Part shown: piece after piece, positions 31,001 to 43,000 of the stretch
Layout of the letters: every line of letters starts with the position of its first letter
Position numbering within the stretch: position 1 is the stretch's first letter
NCBI GenBank assembly: GCA_043732705.1
Contig: JAYTHE010000025.1
Location: 315 to 64,314, forward strand
Origin: Candidatus Omnitrophota bacterium
GTDB lineage: Bacteria > Omnitrophota > Omnitrophia > Omnitrophales > Aquincolibacteriaceae
Length of the DNA: 64,000 bases
Reading direction: 5' to 3'
Position numbers and translations under genes: made by a program
The notes under the pieces: model-generated
What the model saw: only the letters and a program-made list of their open reading frames with translations
What the model was told of the DNA's origin: nothing
The model's database searches: none

Positions 31001-34000
31001 AATTTTAAACTTGCCTTCTCGATGACCAACGCTGAAAGTAATTTTTATGGCATCGTCGTCATTCGATGGCTGCAGGTCACGCTCATAATCTTTAAATAAG
31101 CCCGGTAACACCAATTGCTTAAGCGGCAGATCCGCTAAACTCGGAAGATAGTCCGCAAAATTATCCGCATCCGGTTGATTCGATCTAATGGTGAGATCCC
31201 TCAAATTTTTAAAGTGGTTAAACAACCCTAAGTCTTGACCAAAACCAATAACAGATAAGAGGCAATCGACTACTATTATGCGAGGATTGTTTTTTGCAAA
31301 TTCAGCCAAAGCGTTTGTTTTATTAAGCTCAATATGAACGCTCATTATGCCGCGAAAATCTTTTAAGAGAGCCGCTTGCTCAGCAGACCAAGAGCCACGA
31401 AGCAAGATGGTTCTCGGCGAACTCGAAAAAAACTCAGGAACCTCCGCACTATTTCCCGTACCGTTCAATTCCAGAATTTTATTTCGCACACCATTGTTCC
31501 AAGCAAGCAATTCCTGCGACGACATTTCATACGCCGCTTCAGGATCAGGCGCTTGGGATGGCTCGGGTGAAGCAGGCGGGCTCGCCGTGTCTGACAGCAC
31601 AACGCTCATGGTTTCATCGCCAACACCAAACGAGACTTCCACGACATTATCAGCTCCCGCCGGCGCCGATTTTAATGCCGGATAATCTTTTTTATTGCCG
31701 GGTAATTCCACTGTTCTGAGCTTAGGCAGCTGCGATAAATATTTTAAATTCGCACCCAAATTAAATAATGCGCGCCCCTTCGACATCCCCAAAATATTGA
31801 GCCGCTCCAAATGTTTGAGCGACGCAAGCCAGGGCCGCGTTAGATTCGCGCTATCGCTCTCATGAAGATGAAAAACCAAATGATATAATCGCGGGTTATT
31901 CGTGACTAAGCTTTCAATACCCTGCATGTCTTTTGCATCCATATGAATTGACTCAATGCCACGGAAGCTCGCAAGGAGTTCGATTTGCGCCAAAGTCGGA
32001 TTACCGTAAACGGATAAAACTAATTTGCCCTCAAAAGATTCAGATAAAGAAGCTCCTGACGTTGTTGCCAAAGCATTCAACCTGTCGATAACGGTTTTGT
32101 TATAGGCGAGGCGGTCAGCAAAACTTAAGTCGTATGCGGCTTCAGGATCGAGCACTTGGGATACATGCGGCTGAGTTTCTTTCGGTGCGGGCTTTGCTTG
32201 TAAATGCGCTAAAACTGCAAAACCCTCGTTCTCTTGTCCCGTAAACTCGCCGGCACGATTACTCATAAAGTGCACAAAATGAAACGCTCCGGGTTCATTT
32301 GCAACTGTTCGTAATAGATAAGGCTTACACTTTTCCTGAACTTCAAAGAGTGACAAACTTTCAAGTTTGCGGGATGAGATGAATTTTAAAACTTCTACCC
32401 CTACATTCGCAAGCGGCGGAAGCGAAAGATGAACGACATTGGTTAAATTCTCAAGCCATTGCCAGCCATCAACATGCGTTGTCGGCGAAAGGTCAGCCGC
32501 ATAATCAAATTGGCGAATTTGAGGGTTGTTTTTGGTCAGTTGATCCAAATCGTAATCCGAAACTTCCGGTGAATTGATGTACACTTCCCCGATTCCCCGA
32601 AGCTGCGGCAGCACATTTCGATCTAACTTAGTTAAGCCCGAACTAATATGCAAAAACAGGTGCCCATCATCCGATAATTTAGTATTAATCTTCGCTTCTG
32701 GAATTCCATTCGCCGCCAAAATTTTCTGGTTGTATCTCCAAAGCTTGATTATGTCGAGGCCATAATAATCATTCGGATCTGCGAGCGGCTTTTGCGGATC
32801 GAGCGGCAGTTGAGCCTTTGGCGCGGCAGCGGTTTCTTTGACACGATGTTTTTCGGGCCACTGATTACCATTGTTAAAAATCTCAAAACCAAATCCTCCG
32901 TCAGTAACCGTTTGAAATACTGCGAGGGCTTGCGCTTGTGACTCGGCGCCTTTTCCATCAGGAGGAAAACGAATGAATAATTTTTCTAATTTACGAAATC
33001 TTTGAATGCTTTGCCAATCTGTAAAATTGGGCGCGTTTTCTATCGATAAAACTTTGAGTTCAGTCGGCAATGCGTTTACAGCCTCATTTGTGATATTCGT
33101 CCGAGACACACTGATTTCATCAGCGCCGGCTGTGGCCTGGGCAATTTGAATCCATTCCTGTTGATTTTCAGGGGACCCCATGAACAGAGAGACGTTGACC
33201 CGCCCGTCCTTGAGAAAAACACTATCTTTAAGGTCTGTTTTTTTCCATGGAAGCACACCGGCATCCATGAGGCTCTGCAATGCTCGCTGAACCTTCTCGA
33301 GTCGGGCTTGAGCGGGTTCGTTCACTGTGGACGGCGCGGCGGCTTTGATGCGGTATTTCCTCATTAACAAACTGCCGTCAAAATCAATTTTAAAACCTTG
33401 CTCATCATCGCGAACGGATTCCAATTCAGCACGGGCTTGCATTGATGCAGGTCCCCCGGCATCAACAAATGCGATATGCAATTCTTCAAGCTGATGGAAT
33501 CTTCGAATAATTTGCCAGTCCGTAAACTGGCGGGTATGATTGAGTATCAAGACCTTAACTCCGGCCGGTAATTCGCTTACGGCTTCGTTCGTGATATCTC
33601 CCGCCGCCGCGTAAATTTCATCCGCTCCTTCAACAGCGCGGACAATTTGAATCCAATGTTGGGGATTCTTTAAAGTCATATTGCTCAAGCTCACTGTTAC
33701 CCTGTCGCCGTCTTTTAACTTAACACCGAAGGGAATAAATTCTTCTGTCCATGGCAATACGCCGTCCGCCATCAGCTTTCTTAAATTGCGCGAAATGGTC
33801 TCTAATCGGGCTTGAGGAGAATTGTCCGCTGCTTGCGAAGTTTTAGGTGAGGCATCGGCCGCAGGCGAAGAGGAGCGATTGACATGCGGATTGTTGCGAT
33901 GAAATTGCGCCATCACATCCGCAGGGGGCAAAGATTGGCCATGGGCTTCAAAAGAACTAACGCCGCGCAGCAACATAAGCGCCGCAGTCTCTTCTGCACT

Positions 34001-37000
34001 TAACGGTTGTCCTATTTCAACGCCCAGAATAGTTCCCTGGTTCTCAGTCACTGCCGAATAGCGATTAATTCTTTGCTGTGAAATTCCCGCTTCCTGCAAA
34101 ATCCGATTATTGTATTCAAACAAAATTGACGCATCGAGTTGGTAATAAAGATTCGGATCCGCGAGCGGATGCGCGGGATCAAGGACAAGCACATTTATGC
34201 GCCATTCTTTAGGTGCCGCGGGTGCGGGCGCAAAATATAAATCAAGTCCAGGCGCGTCCAGAGGAGCATTCACAATCAACACATCTTCTTCCAAATGATC
34301 CAGCTCAACAATCGTTTTGCGTCCGTTAAAAACAGCTAAAATGGAATTTTCCAACTCAAAAATATTTATTTTTTTGACTTGAGAACGGTGCAATCGACTC
34401 GCATCTTGAGAATCAAGCGTAAGCGAAAGATAACTGCGCAAATTAGGAAAATTCGGCAAAGGCATATTTGTCGCTGTGTCTTTAAGCGGCCACCATTCAA
34501 GCACAACCAACTCCGGGTTATTTTGGGCGAGCACTCCCAGCTCGGCTTTTGGCAGACCAAAGTTCGTCGCATCAAATGAATAAAAGTTTTTGATGTGCGG
34601 CATTAATTGGGTCCATTGTTCCGGTGATAGTTTATTGACAAAATAAAAATGCCAAAGCCCGTCTTTTTGATAAACCGTTTCTTCCTGCGCTTCACGTTTA
34701 AAACCTAATTTGGAAAGCTTGTCTTTAAGCACGGTTTTATCGGCAGGCTCTTGTGTTGCTGGATCGGAAGCGGCGTATTGAACCTGATAATAAACATTAT
34801 CCGGTTTGCCTTCGCCGTTTTGAATCGTGACTTTGTAGCCGTGTTCACTCGGCTCCGTGACGCGAAAATGATAATCAAGTTTGTTGCCCGTAATCGGCTG
34901 ATTTCGCGGCGCAATCAAATGGTCAATATCTGTTAACGAGGGCAGCACTTGTTTTGCAAGACTGCCTGCATGGATTCCAGCGGCAGTCAAATCTAAAACA
35001 ATTTCACCTTGATCGATTTTTAGAAAATGTTTTCCCAAAAGTCCGCGCATCTTTGCGTCATCAGACGTTAGCGCGTCAAATTGCTTAATCGCGTTTTGTA
35101 AGCGCTGTTCAATTCCATGCTTCGCGCCGGGGGGAGCTGGAACAGCCTCATCATCAAAAGGCACTTTCTGATTTTTAAAAATTTTTTCTTGCCCGTCAGC
35201 AAAATAAATCAAATCAAATCCATTACCTGAGGGATCCTCCCCCATAGTGGCATCTTCGCTCAAACGATTATTGCCGATTTGGACAACCAATCCTTTGCGG
35301 CCGTTCAGTACGGCTAAATCTGAAACATTGATTGGCAACGCTTTCTTACCTGGAATAATGAAAATTTTTTCAACCGATGGGGGTAAAGTCAATATGTCCG
35401 GCAGTCCATACTCAATAGCATGCTCATAGACAATCTTGCGAAGGCGCGGCATTTTTTGAAGCGCAACAGCAACTTGTTCTGACTTTACAGCGGTAGCGTC
35501 AAAGTGCGCAAGAGTCAGCATTTCCAAACGCTCAAGCGGCAACGCATTAAATTCTGCTGGTGTCAAATGCCGGGCGCTATAACCACGCAAATTAGGAAAT
35601 AATTTACCGAAATCGGGCCAAAATCCTTCTTTCTCTGGAAAAGGCGGTTCAAGAATAAATAAATCTGGATTTTGATCAGCGAGAAAGCTCCACATCTCAA
35701 CCGGGAAATTATCCGCGTTTTCAAATTCGAGAACCGCGACGCCTCGAACGAGCATAATAAGACTGATCCAATCCACAAATTCAAGACGGCCCGGGTATTC
35801 CACGTTAACCCGGCAATAAATAAAGCCATCTTGATAGTTAATAGAAAAATACTCGCCGCCTTTCAACGCTTTGAGATCCGTGTTTAAACTTGCGGCATGT
35901 TCTCGCACAGCCTCGATTTTCGCGTTGTCCGGCTCATAAACAACATTCGAATAATTAACTTCTTTAGTGCCCAACTCACCTTGACTGTAAACCGTCACAA
36001 GATATCCCTTTTCAGAAACCGCGGCCGGCCGGAAACTATAATTTTTCGGAGATGGAGGATAGGGTGCTTGCGACATTGGATCCGAAGGAGACGGAAACCG
36101 GGCATGGCCAATAAACCGCGGAAGAAGTACATGATCAAATCCGTGAATATTTTTCAAAATTTCATTCACGACATCCATACCATGCTTTTCGTACGACGTT
36201 AAATCCAAAACTACTTCATCGTGATCAATGGAAACAATACTCGGGGCAAATGGATACTTTTGTATTGATTCCAAATGCAATAGCTGGTCGATTACAGCTC
36301 TTTGACGCTGCTTGAGGTCTTCGATTGATTTATTTTCAGAAAAATCTGCAAGGAGTTCGTAAACTTGATTGAATTGATTCGTGGCATAAGTTCTAACTCG
36401 GGCGATGTTTTCAGGCAGAAGCGCATCGGATTCGGTCCAATATTCTACAAAGTCGTCTGTGGGGTACTTTGAAAAATCCGTCCCATCTTTTACGATGATG
36501 ATAGTTTTTAACTTTGCTCCTGCCAGCGCAAATGAATTGACAATATATTGTTTAACAGCCCCGCCCCTTTCGTGAATGAATCTTTGAACCAAAAAAGTTA
36601 AACCTATTTGTGAAAAAGGCTTCGCTTTGATTTTATATTTCGGGGACACGCCTTCCACGACGGCGGCTGCGGCAGCTTCCGGCTTCACTTCTTCATCCAT
36701 TTTTTGATGTTGAATCGCGGCATGCACAGCGGCATAGGCGTAACCGGAAAAAAGCAAAGTTTGAATGTCATCCAGAGTTGCCAGCCATGGGCTTTTTAAA
36801 TTAAATTCGCGCGCAAGATTTCGCGCTGTTTCGTCACGGTCAATCAAGGTTGCGTTTTGGCCCGCCATGCCTAAGGCCGCCATCAATTCCTGCAAAGACA
36901 AAATTCGCGGCGAGATTTGCCCAGAATTCATCAAAACCCGGACGGAATAGCCGCGCTCAAACAGAAAACGGAAAAGGTCTGCCTGCAATGCCGTCAATTT

Positions 37001-40000
37001 GCCGCCACCATAAATCACGAGATCACGCGGCAAACGCTTCAGTACCGCGCCCGAAGTTTGGCGCGCTAAATCCCAATTGCCCGTTTTAAGCAAAATTGAT
37101 AAATCCAGTTTATGTCCGCCTGTTCTTCTTCCCGTGTCCATCAGCCAGTTAAAAAAAGCCCGGAATAAATTCTCAAAAATTTCGGGCTCCTGATCGCGAA
37201 GTTTGGCGAGCTGAGGATCTTCAGGCGGTTTTTCAACCGTCGGCGTAATCGATACTGTTTTAAAATTCACAGCTTCCACCCGGACCAGCGCCTCATCGGG
37301 CGGTTTGATGATTTCGCCGCGCGGCCCATCAACATCCCAGGCATTTTTGCCGCCCCGCGCCTCAGGACTGTAGATGTCACCTTGCGGCTCAAATTTTTCA
37401 CCACTGTTTCTTCCGTCCAGGTTCAACAAGGACATGAAGCGACTCAACGCGTCCATTTCGCGCTGCTTCTTCTCGTTCGGCGGCGGTGACTCCGGCTCGG
37501 GCTCTCCTGCTTTTTCGCGCGCTGCCTTTTCCTCTAAAAACTGCTGATACCGGCGTGCCATCTCTTCTAATTTCTTATATCTTTGCCAGACGCGCTCATA
37601 TTTCTTAAGAGCGTTTTGAAACCTTTTATTTAATTTTTCCAGTTTTTGCTGCTCATCGGGATTTTGAAACTCCTGTCTTAAATTTTGCAGCATAACCAGC
37701 ACCGCGCCCGGAAGCCTGCGCGCGGGATTTTTAATTTGATCTTCAATTTCATCCAAACGTTTAAAAGTCACCATCCCCGGTGTTTTGAGCGCCAAAGCCA
37801 AATGCTTTTCGATCAGCGTCATCGCTTCGTCAAAATCCGCTACTTTTTCATTAAAGTTTTTCTGACGTTTAGCGCGTAAACGTTCCTGCGTTTGACGGTC
37901 GGCCTCTGCTTTCGCCTGTGCGTCCATTTCAGCGCGCATAGCAAGTGCCTGGCTGATATCCGGGACGGCTATCTGAGGTGCATTTTTTTCCTTAGGTATA
38001 TCGCCCTCCTGAACTTCGGGAACAGGATGATTTGTATTTTGAACAATGCTTTCAACCCAATCTACAATTTGAGATTGTAAAAATTGGATTTGGAGTTCGC
38101 TTAAAACCAACTCGCCGCCATTGATATCCGGATCTAATTGGGTAGTTAAGCTTTCCCATACATTCGATTGAGGCATTCCGACATATGAATCACCCTTCAA
38201 ATGTTCAAGCAAAGCAGGAAAAGGATTTTCACCCAGCAGCGAGAAAAAGTCGCCGTCACCATTCTGCGCTCCGGTAAGCCCCATTAAAGCGGCCTGAAAT
38301 TTTTCTAAATCCGCGATCGTAACCTGGCCAAACAAATAGGCCATAAGCGAGTAACGGTAAAGTTTGCGCGGTGTCAGCGTATTATTTGCATTTTCAATCC
38401 ACTCAAAAAGTACTGCGACCGCGTCCTGGTTCAAAGCTCCTTCGGGAGTGCGAATGTTTTGAATCACATGCGCCAATTGAATCGCGGAGTTGGGCGGGCG
38501 GCGCGGTTCCCGGCTAAAAATCCGTCCGGCTAAAAATTCAACCCAGGCCAATTGCACATCATCAAACAAATCCGCGGCAAGTCCTTTATTGGCATCCGAC
38601 GACCAGGAGCGTTCATTGAAAAGAGAATCCATGATTTGCATAAATAATTTTTCGGATTGTTCCCCCTGCACACGGAAATATTCACCGCGCGTAAAAGCAT
38701 GCATACCCAAAGTCATACTGATAAAAAACCAGTCCCTTCCTGTCGCAATATCCGCCGTGCTAATTACAAGCGCATTGTCCTTATGCTCAAAATAAGAATG
38801 TTGATTGGTTCGATTGATTTTGACGTGAATTTTATTAATGACAGGCGGACTTAAGACATCCACGATTTTTTGATAAATCGCGACTTGCTTCACCGAAGCT
38901 GTGTCAGGCTGATTTTCGGTAAGCTGCGACACGGCATAAAGCCGCTCAAAATCAGCGGAATGCTCCGCAAGTTGCCAGCGTTCGTATGTCGGCCCATAAA
39001 CAAAACGCGCGGCATCCGCCCAACCAGCTTGCGGATGCTTGACTAAATATTGAATGGCTCGGGTCAGTTCACGAATGGTAGGAATAAACTCTTCGTTTTG
39101 GACTTGAGCGGTAATCCAAGCCTGAAAATGCGCAATGCTGGCCACTCTAGTATCATCTTCCGCCAGCCCTGCGGTTTGCGCCAATTTTGCGGTGATTAAA
39201 AGCAAACTCGGCTCATCATAAGGCCGCGCCATAAACACCGATGAGCGGCTCATCAAAGGCGATGAGACTTTATTGCGGCCTGAAAAATGCGCGCCATTTA
39301 AAGTTCCGATGAAAAGAAAACCCGGATGCGGCTTTTTCCCGCCGGCCAAAATATCATTCAACTTCCCTTCCAGCACGCCCGATTTCAAAAAATTCATTTC
39401 GCGCAAAGCAATGATGGAACCATCCGCTTTCGCAGTTTGAATCGTCGCTTCAAGTTCATCATCACTCATCGAACCGTTCAAATAATGAATGGCCTGGGAA
39501 GCGCTCGAAACCGGGTTGCGTTTTTGCCATTCCGCTAAAAAGTTTTCGAGTACAAAATCTTTGCCCCAACCCGAAGGACCCAGAACAAGCGATGACACCT
39601 TGCCGGGCTCAACAAATTGGCCCTCCGCGCGCGCTTGACGCAAGCGCATCAAATCCCATAAATACGCAAGATAGGAAAGCGTTTGGCCGGTCAACGCTAC
39701 GTCATTCAAAGTCGCATAGTCTGCAAATTGCGCGCGCGTTGCTTCCAGCCGCTTCGCTTCAAGCGCCTTAAAATCAAGCAGCGGCCTTCCCTGTTCGTCA
39801 TTGCCCATTTTTTTCTGAAATATGAACTGTACCGCGCTTTGTTCGACTTCGCTGAAACGGTCGCGGTAAACAAGCCAGATTTGATAAATCAATTCGCTTT
39901 TTTTGTCCTGGTCCGATGCGCTGAGGCCGAATGCTTTGACGCGATTGCTGGCTTCTTGAATTTCGCGGATCGAAAACTCATATTGCGGGCCGATTAATTT

Positions 40001-43000
40001 CGCGATTTCATGCATATTCATCAAAATCGGAATGATTTCTTCGGCATCCTTCACGCCCGCTAAATATCGCTCGGCCTGCGCTTCATAAAAAGCCCGGTCA
40101 AAGTCATCAAAAACAACCGTGACACCTCTTTCCTGCGCGACGCGCAAGACATTGCGGTCTTCCGTTGTTTCATCATTGCCGGTCATCACAATGGGTTTGT
40201 TTTTGCCGGCATTATCTAATAAAAAATAATGAAAATCAGCCGGAGCGGTATTGGCTTCATCCCAAAGCAAAATACCGCGTAGGCTTTTACGCCAATTGCC
40301 CACAAAGCCGCGCGGGCCGGTACCGGTCAATTCACTTTCTTCGACATTAGAACCCGTTGTAAAAGGCCCGAATCTTTCTTCCGCGGAATAGCCAAGCGCT
40401 TGCGCTAAATCGGGCAACAATTTACTTTTGCCCGTACCGGGCGCGCCCTGCAAAAAAACAATCGGAACCGCCTGCGTAATTTTTTTCACCAGTGCCAGAC
40501 GTTCATCGGCTGTTAAATAATCAAGTTCAAGTTCATCGTCGATGAGAGGAACTGTTAGATTGCCAACACCGGCGTGATTTAAAGTGTCTCTTAAAAAACT
40601 TCGAAAACCCGTGCGGTCATTCTTGTATTTTAAAACCACGGCCTCTTTAATGACGGCAAGCGGCTGCTCGGACAAATCTCCTTTCCAAGACTTTTCGGCG
40701 AGCTCATCCCTTAAGGCCTCGAGCGTGTCCCAGCTCAAAGTATTCACCATTTGCCAATAAAATTTATGCCAATCTTCCGCAGACCGAATGTGACTTAGAA
40801 TTTTGTTCAGCCTTCGCCCGGCAATCGCCGAGTTCATGCTTCCGGACACACCACGTTTGGCTTCCTGCGCGCCCAACATGATTTTGGCCTGAACCTGAAT
40901 GTAATTCGCGATGACCGCGTCGCGGCGATAATGCACGCCCCAAGTATGCTGAAAAGCCTCGAAAGGATTTTGTAACTCTTGCAGCAACGCGAAATAAACC
41001 TTTAGCCGCGCATAACTCCAATCAAATTCGCTCGGAAACAGTTCGTTGGTCAAGCCGCGATTTGACGGCAAAGGCAGATTTTTAAAGAGGTCGCGCAATT
41101 GCTTGAGCTGATTCCATTTTTCATTCAGCTTGCCGCTTGCCGCAAGAGTTGGAAATTCTTTTTTTAACTGCTCGAAATAAAGCGCGTCTTGATCTTCAGA
41201 TTTTGCGATGCGCGTGGAATATTCGTAGCGCGACCGGCCTTCATTTAAACCAGTCGCCGTTAAAATCAACTTCCCTTTGAATTCGGAGAGATTCTTTCGT
41301 TCGCCATTCACAATCAAATAAGGCACGTCGGAGAAAAGCGACTCAAGTTCTTTCATCAAACGCGGACTGCGTTCGACGCCCTCAAGAATAACTGTTTCAC
41401 CCGCCTCAAGCGCGGCCAATACTTTTTGTTTCACGTTGCGAATTTCAAAATATTTGTCATGTACGCTCATGAGCTCGCCCGTATCAATCATCGCGCTCGC
41501 GCTTGATCCTAAGCTCATATGTTGGACCGTTACTTTTTGGGCGGGATTTGCGGCACGGATTCTCTCGGTCAGAAAAGGCAAATCATCAGCCTCGAGCAAA
41601 TGCACACTGCCTGCTTCCATCTCCGGTAAATCCGAAGTTGCCTCTTCCGGTTCCGCAACAGCCGCGGGCTTCATCGCAACGAAATGCGAATAAACGAACG
41701 GCACTTCCACTCCCGCGGCAACTTCCACTTGAACGCCTGGCGTATGCATAATCGCGTTCCAAATACCTTCATCTTCGAGATTTTCCGTGATTCTGATTTT
41801 GACATTCTTTTGCGCCAAAATCCCGGGCAAAGGCCGCAAACGGTTTGTGCGGGCATCAATCTCAACTCGTTGAAAGAGAATATCTTTGGTAACTTGATTG
41901 ATCATCCAAACGTCACCTTCCAACGCATGTCCCAAATGAATGGTTTTCGGCTCGGATAAACGTGAATAATCTTTTTGCTGAAAGACAATTTCAAAATCAG
42001 GCGGCACCTGAATCACTTGGCCGTTCACAATCAAGGTGCGGTAAACCAAAATTTGATCGATAAAATAGCGGAAATCCGGGTCGTTGCGCGGCCCCTGAAT
42101 TACAAGCCGTTTCTTGCCGTTCATCGCTTTCACGAGCGGGCCTTCCTGATACTCCCATTCACCCTGACCATTAATGCCGATATGCTCAACTAAAATATCC
42201 TGAAAATCGGACCTCTTCATAAGATCAATCACCGCGTCATTTGGTCCCAACACGGCATCTTCACGAAGCTGATTGTGGTCCTGCATGAGCCGGTCGAACT
42301 CTGAATGAAAAGCTCCCGTATCAAGTCCGGTGCTTTGATCATCCGTTTGCAGCGCGCGCGAATAAACTGTGATCGAAAAATGGTCCGCTTCTTTCGGATG
42401 AATTCCGACAAAGACCTGCAAACGTGGATCCGCGGGCGTGGCCGAGCTTCCTAAAAACGGTTTAGCATCGAAGAGCGCGTTAAACTGCTCCAAGGCCCGC
42501 GCGTCCGCGCCTTCGGTATCAAAAAATAAAATTCCGCCCCCCCTCACTACGCGTTCAATGAGCCCCATTTGTGGGACACGCGTTCCGTCCGGCTGAACCG
42601 TAGCCAAATATTGAACCTCAATCCGGTGACGGTCATCACGGAGACGGACACGCAGATATGGGACATCGCGGTTTTCTTTTGACGACCGCTGCTTGGCGAG
42701 GTTATGCAATTCAAAATCCAGCGCGTCCATCGCTTCGGTTTTGTCAATGACGCGCGGCTCGCCTTCAATATCCCGCATTTCGGAACGCACGGTTTCGACA
42801 TCTACAGAAAGCGATGAATCTTTTTTTGTATAATTCCAAACAATATGACCGCCGCCCTTTGTAATTGAGGCTACAATTGATGAGGTGTAATCACTGTCGA
42901 ATTGCCCACGTAGTTCATGAGTGGACACTTTTATGAATCGTGAAATCATTGCAAAGGCAACTACGGCTGACAACATACTGAAAACGCCGGCCGGGAGAAT

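Larger units (their letters stand above)
22900..34200 (-). repeat. Array of at least 14 diverged modules of 140-170 aa in the giant protein, each opening with a (A)DPxxYY / DPEAAY box. Approximate limits.
   Basis: HPLADPNLYYQLD, KPLADPNDYYGLD, LDPEAAYDLS, APDPEAAYEMS, APDPEAAYTMD, APDPVKAYQMS, KPLADPNAYYEYS, KPEDFYAYS, LDPEQAYKMD, then variants DARARAAAYNERL, SAEDRAAVYNAQL, AKEIAAEYNEKL. DNA-level box atacgccgcttcaggatcaggcgcttgggatggctcgg at 31516 and 30938. Confidence 0.7.
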
